IMG/VR virus record: IMGVR_UViG_3300044946_000428
Span: 4,777-68,776 of that record
DNA: 64,000 bases
Strand: one strand, 5' to 3'
From: a virus
A model generated the notes under the pieces. The model was not told where the DNA came from, did no database searches, and was given only the letters and a program-made list of their open reading frames with translations. This document shows positions 25,533 to 33,745 of the stretch, in pieces; position 1 is the stretch's first letter, and each line of letters opens with the position of its first letter. Position numbers and translations under genes: made by a program.

Positions 25533-25972
25533 GCGACGAACCCGAAGCGGCAGCGGATCGGCCGATCATCCTCATCGGCACCGGCATGCCCGAGACTACC
25601 CTCCTCGAGGCCTTCGGCCAGTGGATCTACGACGCGTTCGGTGAAACCGCCTACCACGTCGGATCCTCCACCCAGAGCAAGCAGTGGCGCGATGTCGACG
25701 TCCGCCTGATGCTCGACGACGACGAGTTCCACGCGCTGTTTCCTGGCTACGAAGCTGCCCGACAGCGGGACGCGAAGTGGGCGTTGATGTGCGCCGCGAT
25801 CAGCGAACTCGGCAAGCGGCTGACCGGGTTGCCGATCGATTTCCAGTTCCAGTCTGTCAGTGGCGGCAACGGGACTTATGGCGGTCAGTTCCGCAACCCG
25901 CTGTGGCTCTACAACCACTCCAGCGTCCAAGCCGCGAAGAAGCGCGCCGAGGACCGGGAGGACGCGGAGTGA
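25529..25972 (+). CDS. Minimal nucleotidyltransferase (pol-beta superfamily)
   Basis: YHVGSS...WRDVDVR..L (hG[S]x9-13DhD) with a downstream IDFQ. Confidence 0.7.
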   Translation: MSDEPEAAADRPIILIGTGMPETTLLEAFGQWIYDAFGETAYHVGSSTQSKQWRDVDVRLMLDDDEFHALFPGYEAARQRDAKWALMCAAISELGKRLTGLPIDFQFQSVSGGNGTYGGQFRNPLWLYNHSSVQAAKKRAEDREDAE

Positions 25973-26210
25973 CGCACTTGGATCCAGTCGGGCGCTTCGG
26001 CGCCTGCTCCTGCACGGACTGATCGTCATCGGCGTCCTCGCGCTCGTCTGCGAAGGACTCGCGATCGCGATCCTGATCCGCACCGCGTGGACGCTCGCCC
26101 AGATCCTCGCCACGTTCTGAACCGCCAGCACGACGGAGACCAGCGCCATCAGCACCGCAGTACTCGAACGACCAGCGCCGCCCTGCACCCGAGACCTCGG
26201 GGACCGTGCT

Positions 26211-26408
26211 ATGCGATACCGGCCCCCGCGCGTCGGCGACATCCTCGCCGTCCGGTCCACGGATCCGCACCTCGACGAGGCCAGCGTTCTGATCCACACG
26301 GTCGCCGATACCGGCGACTACCTCCTCCTCGCCGGCCGCTGGGGCAAGCACGACCTTGAGATCGTGCTGCGCCGCGTCGGTGACCACCACCTTCAAAACC
26401 AGGAGTAA
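26211..26408 (+). CDS. Hypothetical protein (65 aa)
   Basis: ORF track; GC3-rich. Confidence 0.5.
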   Translation: MRYRPPRVGDILAVRSTDPHLDEASVLIHTVADTGDYLLLAGRWGKHDLEIVLRRVGDHHLQNQE

Positions 26409-26411
26409 CGC

Positions 26412-26741
26412 ATGTCTGCCGTCTTCGAGCACCTCCACGCCCTCCTCGACGAGGCCCGGGCCGAGTTCGCGAAGCTGTTCAGCCACGGCGACGCCGAGGT
26501 CGAGGCTGCCGCGAAGGCCGGCGCGGAGAAGATCGACGCGGCCAAGTCCGTCGTCGAGGCCGACCTGCCCGTGGTCGAGCATGACGCCCAGGGTGACGCG
26601 GAGACCGTCGCGCGCGACGCGGAGACCGCCGCGGCCCCGGTCGTCGCGGAAGCCGAGCATGACGCCGAGACCGTCGCCACCGAAGCGAAGACCGACGCCA
26701 CGACCGCCGTCGAAACCCCCGCCCAGGACGCCCACGCCTGA
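26412..26741 (+). CDS. Acidic Ala-rich protein (109 aa)
   Basis: AGGAG SD; TGATG coupling. Confidence 0.75.
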   Translation: MSAVFEHLHALLDEARAEFAKLFSHGDAEVEAAAKAGAEKIDAAKSVVEADLPVVEHDAQGDAETVARDAETAAAPVVAEAEHDAETVATEAKTDATTAVETPAQDAHA

Positions 26742-27268
26742 TGAGCGACCGCGGACGCCAGCGCGCCACAGCACTCAACGCCGCCGTCGCCGCCATGCCC
26801 GCCGAACACGCCGACGACCGCGAAACCCACGAGCGGCGCCGCCACCAGATCCTGCGCGACGCAGACGAGTTCTACGCCTGGCTCGCCGCGCCCGCACCCG
26901 TAGCGCGCCTCATCGGCCACGTCGGGCCGCCCACTCCCATTGCGGAAGGAAACCCCATGTCGAACCCCCAGATCCCCGCCGGCTACTCGGTCACCATCAC
27001 CATCGAGCCGGAGGACATCGACGGCAACGCCGTCACCGACACCCTCACCTGGACCTCGAGCGACCCGACCGACGTCACCGTCACCGCCGACACCACCACC
27101 CTGATCGGCACCGTCGCGGTCCTCAACCCGGCCGTCGATGTCACCGTCACCGCGACCGACGGCACGAACACCTACACGTACGAGCTCGACGGCGTGGCCG
27201 ACGCCCCCGTCAACCTCGTCGCCACGGTCAGCGCCCCCTTCAAGACCCCCGCCGCGCCGAGCGCCTGA
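26741..27268 (+). CDS. Protein with a C-terminal Ig-like domain; internal start at 26957
   Basis: GGAAGGA-N7-ATG MSNPQIP...LTWTSSDPT.VTV..TVTATDG (Big_2-like). Confidence 0.7.
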   Translation: MSDRGRQRATALNAAVAAMPAEHADDRETHERRRHQILRDADEFYAWLAAPAPVARLIGHVGPPTPIAEGNPMSNPQIPAGYSVTITIEPEDIDGNAVTDTLTWTSSDPTDVTVTADTTTLIGTVAVLNPAVDVTVTATDGTNTYTYELDGVADAPVNLVATVSAPFKTPAAPSA

Positions 27269-27306
27269 ACCACCCCCACCCACCACCAACCCTGAGACGA
27301 GCAACC

Positions 27307-27570
27307 ATGAGCACCACCGAGGACCGCGAATACCGCGTCACCTGGCGATCCATCCCCGGGCTCGCCACCAGCAACGGCACCATCATCGTCGGGGCCGCAC
27401 CGCTGCCCGGCGAAGTCCTCGTCGCCAAGACGCTGATCGCGGCGTACTACCGGCGTGAGGACGACAGGTTCGTGTTCAAGCGCGCGGACGGCATGCAGGC
27501 GTTCGACGTGGCCGCCGCGCTCGTCGAGACGATCGAAGTTCTCGAGGACGCCGAGGTGGCGGCATGCTGA
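27307..27570 (+). CDS. Hypothetical protein (87 aa)
   Basis: MSTTEDREYRVTW...; coupled to the next gene. Confidence 0.65.
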   Translation: MSTTEDREYRVTWRSIPGLATSNGTIIVGAAPLPGEVLVAKTLIAAYYRREDDRFVFKRADGMQAFDVAAALVETIEVLEDAEVAAC

Positions 27571-27911
27571 CCGGACGCGCGGCCGAGCTCCGGCCCGACA
27601 TCAACGATCTCCGCGTCACCCCCGTCATGCTGCTCTCCCGCGACGACGCGCCCGGGCCGTACATGGCGCCGGGCGAGTACGCGGGGCTACTCCGGGACTG
27701 GTCCCGGCTGAGTAACACCAAGCGGATCCAGACCAGTCGGGCACGCAACGCCGGCCGCGACATCCCCACCTCCGGAGCCGTGCGCCGTCGCGCCAAGCAG
27801 CACCGCAACCGCGGACTCTGCCTCGAACGGGGCGCCGACGGGCGGTGCATGCTCGCAGCGGCCGACGGAACCGGGCGCTGCGAGCATCACACCCCGAGCG
27901 AGGACGCGTGA
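27564..27911 (+). CDS. Hypothetical protein with a C-terminal C..C..C.H zinc motif
   Basis: GLC...GRC...GRCEHH. Confidence 0.6.
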   Translation: MLTGRAAELRPDINDLRVTPVMLLSRDDAPGPYMAPGEYAGLLRDWSRLSNTKRIQTSRARNAGRDIPTSGAVRRRAKQHRNRGLCLERGADGRCMLAAADGTGRCEHHTPSEDA

Positions 27912-28315
27912 GCGTCGAGATGCTCGACGACGAGGACTACCGCCGCGTCATCATCACCTGGCCCGCGCCGACAACCGTGGGCGTGCTGCCGATCCGGGGC
28001 GTGACCCTCACCGACGCCGACAGCGGCGAGCAGATCGTAACCGGCCTCAAACTCGGCCTCACGCTCGGCACCGACACCGGCTACGAGGGCAGCGTCATCG
28101 AGGCCGAAATCACCGCGCTCGTTGACGCGGACGGCCACCTGCTGCCCGCCGGCAAGCAACCGGTCCGGGTGGATGCCGCGCCCGCGGATGTCGCCGAGTC
28201 GTTCACGCCCGAGCAGTGGGCCGAGCGGGAGCAGGCCATCGCGTCCGCGCCGTTCGAGTTCCGCACTGGCGTGTTCCGGTGGCTGGTGGCCGAGATGCGG
28301 ATCGCAGGGCCGTGA
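27908..28315 (+). CDS. Hypothetical protein (135 aa)
   Basis: GTGA coupling at both ends. Confidence 0.65.
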   Translation: MSVEMLDDEDYRRVIITWPAPTTVGVLPIRGVTLTDADSGEQIVTGLKLGLTLGTDTGYEGSVIEAEITALVDADGHLLPAGKQPVRVDAAPADVAESFTPEQWAEREQAIASAPFEFRTGVFRWLVAEMRIAGP

Positions 28316-28626
28316 CCGCAGCAGCCGACTTCAACCCGCACTCGCCCCAGGCCCTGCGCGCCAAGAAGCGGCTGCGAGCCCTCGGCATCGACCCCGACGC
28401 CGCAGACCTCGAAGACGTCCGGCAGTGGTACGAGGCCCGGCGCGAGTACTACATCAACCTCGCCGAAGAAGGCCTCCACATGGCGCCCACCCACGCGCTG
28501 CACGGCATGTCGGTCGATGCTCTGAAGACGGCGTTCGGGTGGACCGACCTGCCCGAGGGCTGGTCCAGCGCGCAGGTCGAATGGCCCGATTACGCCGAGC
28601 GGCTCCGTGGCGCACGAGGGAAGTAA
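28312..28626 (+). CDS. Hypothetical protein, paralog A of 31176-31526
   Basis: RL.ALGID...Y..LAE.G.HM.P...PEGWS...WP...ER..G.RGK shared with the paralog. Confidence 0.7.
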   Translation: MTAAADFNPHSPQALRAKKRLRALGIDPDAADLEDVRQWYEARREYYINLAEEGLHMAPTHALHGMSVDALKTAFGWTDLPEGWSSAQVEWPDYAERLRGARGK

Positions 28627-28644
28627 GGGCGCGGAGGTGATGCC

Positions 28645-29130
28645 GTGATCGAGCCCCAGCAGGGCGACATCGGCTGCGTCACCATCCGGGGCGACGTCGG
28701 CCAGCTCATCCGCATCGGCGAGTTCATGCTCGGCTGCGGCTACCGCAACGTCGAGCACGCCTTCACCTACGTCGGCGACGGCCAGATCGTCGAGGCCGAA
28801 CCGGGCGGCGCACGCCTCGCGGACCTTGGCGAGTACGACCCGCGCACCGTCGTGTGGGTCCGCTGCCCCGACGGACACCGGCAGGCCGTGGCGCAGGCCG
28901 CGCGCGCACTGATCGGCACCCCGTACAGCGCCGCAGACTATTTCGCGCTCGCCGCCCACCGCTTCCACATCCCCGGGATGAGACGCATCGCGCTGAGCAC
29001 GGGATCGATGATCTGCTCGCAGTTGGCGACCGTCGCCGCCCGCCGCGGCGGCTGGCCGCTGCTCATGCCGAAGCCTGCGGGGTACGTCGTCCCCGACGAT
29101 CTCGCGGCGCTGGCCGAGCCGCCCGCGTAG
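28645..29130 (+). CDS. Permuted papain-like (YaeF/YiiX, NlpC/P60) amidase
   Basis: EHAFTYVGDGQIVEA...IGTPY...MICSQL (His before Cys). Confidence 0.85.
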   Translation: MIEPQQGDIGCVTIRGDVGQLIRIGEFMLGCGYRNVEHAFTYVGDGQIVEAEPGGARLADLGEYDPRTVVWVRCPDGHRQAVAQAARALIGTPYSAADYFALAAHRFHIPGMRRIALSTGSMICSQLATVAARRGGWPLLMPKPAGYVVPDDLAALAEPPA

Positions 29131-29145
29131 GCCGGAGGTGACGCG

Positions 29146-31179
29146 GTGTCGCTGACCACCATCACCGTCACCGGCTCATACCCCGCCGGGGCCGGCGGCC
29201 GCCTCGCGACCGGGTTCGTCACGTTCGCCCCGACGGCGCGGGTCGTCAACGCCACCGGACACGCGATCATCCCGCAGCTCCCGATCCAGGTCCCGCTGCA
29301 ACTCGGCGCGTTCAGCCTCCCCGACGTCGTCTGCACTGACAACGCCGGCCTGCTGCCCTCGGGCTGGGCATGGCAGGTCACGGAGTACATCGACGGCGTT
29401 CCCGCCGACCCGTACACCGTCGACATCCCGTCCAGTTACGGCGCGAGCGTCGACCTGGCGCAGCTCAGCCCCGTCACCCCCGCGCCGACGAGCGCGTCGT
29501 TCGTGCAACTCGGCGGCCAGATCGGCGGCACCAGCACCACCCCGGAAGTCCTCGCCGTCGGGATCACCCCGTCCGGCGATACGACCGGCACGGCGGACAC
29601 CGCGACGATCCAGGCCGAGATCAACGCCGCGTCCGGAGCCGGCGGCGGCACCGTCTACCTCGCGGCCGGCACCTTCACCACCCGGCTGCTGACGCTCCCG
29701 GCGAACGTGGCGCTTCAAGGCGCAGGCAGCGCGGCCACCGCGGTCCAGTTGGCGGCGGCCCAGAACACGGACCTGATCCAGACCGCCGGGTTCAGCAGCC
29801 TGACCGGCACCGACACCGCGGCCACCCCGTACGGCGTGCAGGTGCGCGGCCTCACCCTCGACGGCAACAAGAGCGGGCAGAGCGCGGGCTCCGGGAACTG
29901 CCTCGCGTTCTACGCGTACGGCTGCGTGTTCGAGGACCTGGTGTGCCGCAACGCGCGGGGGGTCGGGTTCTGGTCGGAGTGGGGTTCGGCCAGCGCTTTC
30001 CTGGGTCCGAACGGCATGGAGTCGTTCGTGGCGCACCTGAAGTGCCACGACAACGACGGCGGCGCGATGACCTTCATCGGTCCGCACGACTCACAGGTCA
30101 GCGACGCGATCCTGGTGCAGAACTCGGGCTACGAGTCCGGCCGCGTGGCGTTCAGCGTGCCGACCGACGGCCGCGCCAACGGATCGATCTTCCGCGGCGT
30201 GCACGTGTACGGCGGCGCCTACGACTACGGCGTCCTGGCCGCGTCGGCGGGCGTCACGTTCGAGGGCTGCCAGCTCGAGGGTGCGCAGGTCGCCCAGGCG
30301 AAGGTCGATGCCAGCCAGGTCAACTTCGCCGACTGCCGCTGGTTCTGGGGCTCGTCCGGGTCGAACACGGCCAAGGGCGTCGTCCTCGGCGACGGCGGCC
30401 ACGCCGGGCTCAACGGGCTGCGCCTGACGGGCAAGATCGAGAACTGCAGTGGCGGCGCCATCGACCTCACCTACGCCACCGGCGGATCCGGGCATTACGA
30501 CCTGCTCGCCACGTACGTCTCCCCGTACACGGTGCCGTCCCCGGCCGTCATCGGGACGCTCGCCGCCAGCGACTACGCCGCGATCACCGTCACGAACAAC
30601 AGCGGACAGGCCACCGGCGACAGCGTCCTGCAGATGCCCGGCGCCGCGAACGTCGGCACCCTGACCATTGCCGGCGTCACGATCCCGAGCGTCGTCGACC
30701 AGGACCCGCTTGCCCTCGGGTTCGCCACCACGCACCCGTGGGCCGCCGAGGCCAACGGGACGCAGGGCGTCTACCAGGCCGGCTACGCGTACTACATGCG
30801 CCTCGTCGGCTACGGCATGACCGTCAGCGCCCTGCGGATCTACGTCGGGGCGCAGTCCGGGAACATCTGCGTGGGGGTCTACGGGTCCCAGGGGTCCGGG
30901 TCGAGCGCCGCGCCGTACAACCTCAAGGCCACCACCGGTTCGATCCCGTGCCCCGCGCCCGGCGAGCAGGCCGTCGCCCTCACCTCAAGCGTGACCATCG
31001 CCCGCGGAGACTGGGTCGCCATCGCGGTCGACAACACCGGCGCGTCGTTCCTCAGGAGCGCGCCCACGACCGCGGTAACCAACGGGGCCGCAGCCAACCA
31101 GGCGAGCGCGTTCCCGCTTCCCGGCACCGCGGACGCAGCCAACGGATCCGGCACCTGCTTCTGGATCGCGAGCCCGTGA
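29146..31179 (+). CDS. Tailspike/fibre-like protein with a right-handed beta-helix (pectin-lyase-like) domain
   Basis: Actinophage fibre-type N-terminus (GFVTFAP...TDN..L.PSGW.W.VTE...VDLA); DTATIQA.IN.A..GGGTVYL.AGTF..VRGLTLDGNK. Confidence 0.8.
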   Translation: MSLTTITVTGSYPAGAGGRLATGFVTFAPTARVVNATGHAIIPQLPIQVPLQLGAFSLPDVVCTDNAGLLPSGWAWQVTEYIDGVPADPYTVDIPSSYGASVDLAQLSPVTPAPTSASFVQLGGQIGGTSTTPEVLAVGITPSGDTTGTADTATIQAEINAASGAGGGTVYLAAGTFTTRLLTLPANVALQGAGSAATAVQLAAAQNTDLIQTAGFSSLTGTDTAATPYGVQVRGLTLDGNKSGQSAGSGNCLAFYAYGCVFEDLVCRNARGVGFWSEWGSASAFLGPNGMESFVAHLKCHDNDGGAMTFIGPHDSQVSDAILVQNSGYESGRVAFSVPTDGRANGSIFRGVHVYGGAYDYGVLAASAGVTFEGCQLEGAQVAQAKVDASQVNFADCRWFWGSSGSNTAKGVVLGDGGHAGLNGLRLTGKIENCSGGAIDLTYATGGSGHYDLLATYVSPYTVPSPAVIGTLAASDYAAITVTNNSGQATGDSVLQMPGAANVGTLTIAGVTIPSVVDQDPLALGFATTHPWAAEANGTQGVYQAGYAYYMRLVGYGMTVSALRIYVGAQSGNICVGVYGSQGSGSSAAPYNLKATTGSIPCPAPGEQAVALTSSVTIARGDWVAIAVDNTGASFLRSAPTTAVTNGAAANQASAFPLPGTADAANGSGTCFWIASP

Positions 31180-31526
31180 CCGACACCCAGCCGGACGACC
31201 CCGAGACCCGGCGCCGTCGAGCCCGCGGACGAGCCCGCCTGAAAGCCCTCGGCATCGACGTCGACACCCTCGACCACGAACAGATCCGCGACGCCTACGA
31301 GACACTGCGCGCCGCGTACATCGACATGGCCGAGGCCGGAGCGCACATGGAACCGATCCGGATCGACGGAGACCCCCTGTACGGGGCCTGCCTCCACAGC
31401 CGCTACGGCCAACTCGTCGATGCGATCCGAGACTGGAACGAAGGCCGCCACCCCGAAGGCTGGTCACCGCCGCGGATCACATGGCCCACGCATCAAGAAC
31501 GCGCCGCCGGGATGCGCGGGAAGTAG
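31176..31526 (+). CDS. Hypothetical protein, paralog B of 28312-28626
   Basis: GTGA coupling; same motifs and C-terminal RGK as paralog A. Confidence 0.7.
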   Translation: MTDTQPDDPETRRRRARGRARLKALGIDVDTLDHEQIRDAYETLRAAYIDMAEAGAHMEPIRIDGDPLYGACLHSRYGQLVDAIRDWNEGRHPEGWSPPRITWPTHQERAAGMRGK

Positions 31527-31575
31527 AAGCCAGATAGGCGAGAACCGCAGGCAATAGGCGAGAACCGGGGGTGCC

Positions 31576-32106
31576 ATGCCGGCCTCGAAGGGCAAGCAGG
31601 ACGAAGTCGCCGAGCGCCGCGAGAAAGTCCTCGCCCGACGCGCCATCGGAGTACCGCCCGCCGTCATCGCCGCCGAACTCGGCATCAGCGAACAGACCGT
31701 CTACGACGACGTGCACCGCATGCTCAAAGCCCGGCGCGAAACCCTCAACCGCGACAAGGACCTCCTCGTCGTCCTCGAAGCCGAGGAACTCGACGCGATC
31801 AAGCGCGCCGCCTGGGAAGCCGCCTCCACCGTGCACCTGCACGTCTCAGCCTCCGGCCGCGTCAGCACCCACCCCGAGACCGGCGAGCCCCTGCGCGACT
31901 TCGCGCCCACCGTCCAAGCCCTCGGCGTACTCCTGCGCACCCAGGACCGGCGCACCAAACTCCTCGGCCTCGACAGCGCCCAGAAACTCGAGATGCGCGC
32001 CGAGGTGGTCACCCTCGATGCCATCGACGCTGCTATCGCCGGGCTCCGTCAGCAGATCGACGCGCTCCCTGCACCCGCTCGAACCGGAATACCGGGCGAG
32101 GCGTGA
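31576..32106 (+). CDS. terS: Terminase small subunit
   Basis: N-terminal HTH (IAAELGISEQTVYDD) and RTKLLGLD motif, directly before terL. Confidence 0.8.
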   Translation: MPASKGKQDEVAERREKVLARRAIGVPPAVIAAELGISEQTVYDDVHRMLKARRETLNRDKDLLVVLEAEELDAIKRAAWEAASTVHLHVSASGRVSTHPETGEPLRDFAPTVQALGVLLRTQDRRTKLLGLDSAQKLEMRAEVVTLDAIDAAIAGLRQQIDALPAPARTGIPGEA

Positions 32107-33733
32107 CGAGTACCAGGCGCTGAGCCTGGAACTCGCCGAGCGGCGGGCACTCGCGCGCTTCCCCACCCCGGGCGCGCTGGCCAAGGCGATCGACCCGGCA
32201 ACCGTGCAGACCGCCGCGCTCGATGTGATCGACGAAGCGGTCGTCGAAGCATGGCGGACCCCGAACGCCAGGCTCATCATCGCGATGCCGCCGCAGGAGG
32301 GGAAATCGGAGCGCGTCACCAAGACCGCTTCGCTCTGGCGCCTGATCCAGAACCCCGAGACTCGCCTGGGCATCGTCTCCTACGCCCAGGCGCTGGCCGA
32401 GGGGTTCAGCCGCGAGGTACGCAACCGGATCACCAGCAACGACGGCGACGAGGGCAGCCTCGACCTGGAACTGCGTATCGCCCGCGACAACGGCTCCGCG
32501 CGCCGCTGGCAGTTGTCGGGACACCGCGGCGGCATCGTCGCGGTCGGCGCCGGCTCCGGCATCACGGGGCGCCCGCTCGACGGCCTGATCATCGACGACC
32601 CGTTCGCCGACGACAAGCAGGCCGATTCCGCGTACTTCCGCGACCAGGTGTGGGGCCGGTGGCGCTCGACCTGGTCCACGCGCCTCGCCCCAGGCGCACC
32701 CGTCATCGTGATCAATACGCGGTGGCATGAGGATGACCTGACCGGCCGGCTCGTCGCCGCGGAGGACGGGCACCGCTGGCGCCTGATCAACATTCCGGCG
32801 CTCGCCGACCACGACCCCGCCAAGGGCGAGAGCGACGTCCTGGGCCGCGAACCGGGCCAATGGCTCGACTCCGCCCGCGGGCGTACCCCGGCCGACTGGG
32901 AAGCCATCCGGATCCAGGTCGGCTCCCGCGTGTTCAACGCCCTGTACCAAGGACGCCCGTCGCCTGCGACCGGCAACGTCTGGCGCCGCCCCTGGTGGCG
33001 GTTTTACGAGCAGATGCTGTGGACCCTCGGCCCGGACGGCGCCTACCGGGTCGAGGCCGACGAGGTCATCCAATCCTGGGACATGGCGTTCAAGGACACC
33101 AAGGGAAGCGACTTCGTGGTCGGCACCGTGTGGGCGCGGCGCGGCGCGGACGTCTACCTCCTCGACAAGGTCCACAAGAGGCTGACGTTCACCGAGACCC
33201 TCACCGCGTTCCAGGCGCTCACCGCCCGCTGGCCCCAGGCCACCGCGAAGTACGTCGAAGACAAGGCGAACGGCACTGCCGTCATCGACACCCTCAAGAA
33301 GAAGATCCCGGGCATCGTCGCGGTCAACCCGACCGAGTCCAAGTACGCCCGCGCCAACGCCGTCGCGCCGTTCATCGAAGCCGGCAACGTCCACCTCCCG
33401 GCGCCGCACGTCGCACTCCCCGACGTCGACCCCGACTCCCTCATCGAGGAGGCCGCGGGGTTCCCCAACGCGGCCCACGACGACCAAGTCGACTCCACAA
33501 GCCAGGCCCTTGCGAGGCTCCTCTTGGACGGAACCGGGGCGCAGGCCTGGATCGAGTGGGCCAAGCGCCGCGCTGCCGAAGCCGGCATGACGCCACGTGT
33601 CGCCGCGGTGCCCGAACCGGACGCGCCGGCCGAGCCGGAACCCGAGGCTGAGCCCGACGACCCGGTCGCCCGGCTGCGGGCCGCCCGCACCGCCGCATTA
33701 AGAGCCAACCGGTTCACCGCGTCCTCGAGATAG
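32018..33733 (+). CDS. terL: Terminase large subunit (start uncertain)
   Basis: MPPQEGKS Walker A; LIIDDP Walker B; SWDMAFK, VEDKANG, HDDQVDS nuclease motifs. Confidence 0.93.
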   Translation: MPSTLLSPGSVSRSTRSLHPLEPEYRARRDEYQALSLELAERRALARFPTPGALAKAIDPATVQTAALDVIDEAVVEAWRTPNARLIIAMPPQEGKSERVTKTASLWRLIQNPETRLGIVSYAQALAEGFSREVRNRITSNDGDEGSLDLELRIARDNGSARRWQLSGHRGGIVAVGAGSGITGRPLDGLIIDDPFADDKQADSAYFRDQVWGRWRSTWSTRLAPGAPVIVINTRWHEDDLTGRLVAAEDGHRWRLINIPALADHDPAKGESDVLGREPGQWLDSARGRTPADWEAIRIQVGSRVFNALYQGRPSPATGNVWRRPWWRFYEQMLWTLGPDGAYRVEADEVIQSWDMAFKDTKGSDFVVGTVWARRGADVYLLDKVHKRLTFTETLTAFQALTARWPQATAKYVEDKANGTAVIDTLKKKIPGIVAVNPTESKYARANAVAPFIEAGNVHLPAPHVALPDVDPDSLIEEAAGFPNAAHDDQVDSTSQALARLLLDGTGAQAWIEWAKRRAAEAGMTPRVAAVPEPDAPAEPEPEAEPDDPVARLRAARTAALRANRFTASSR

Positions 33734-33745
33734 GGGGACGTCCGG

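Noticed and set aside
25969-26120. Small hydrophobic ORF after the nucleotidyltransferase
   Set aside because: A hydrophobic frame exists but no convincing start or SD was found; left unannotated
31571-32017. N-terminal extension of terL in the ORF track
   Set aside because: It overlaps terS in another frame and is low-complexity; not part of the terminase
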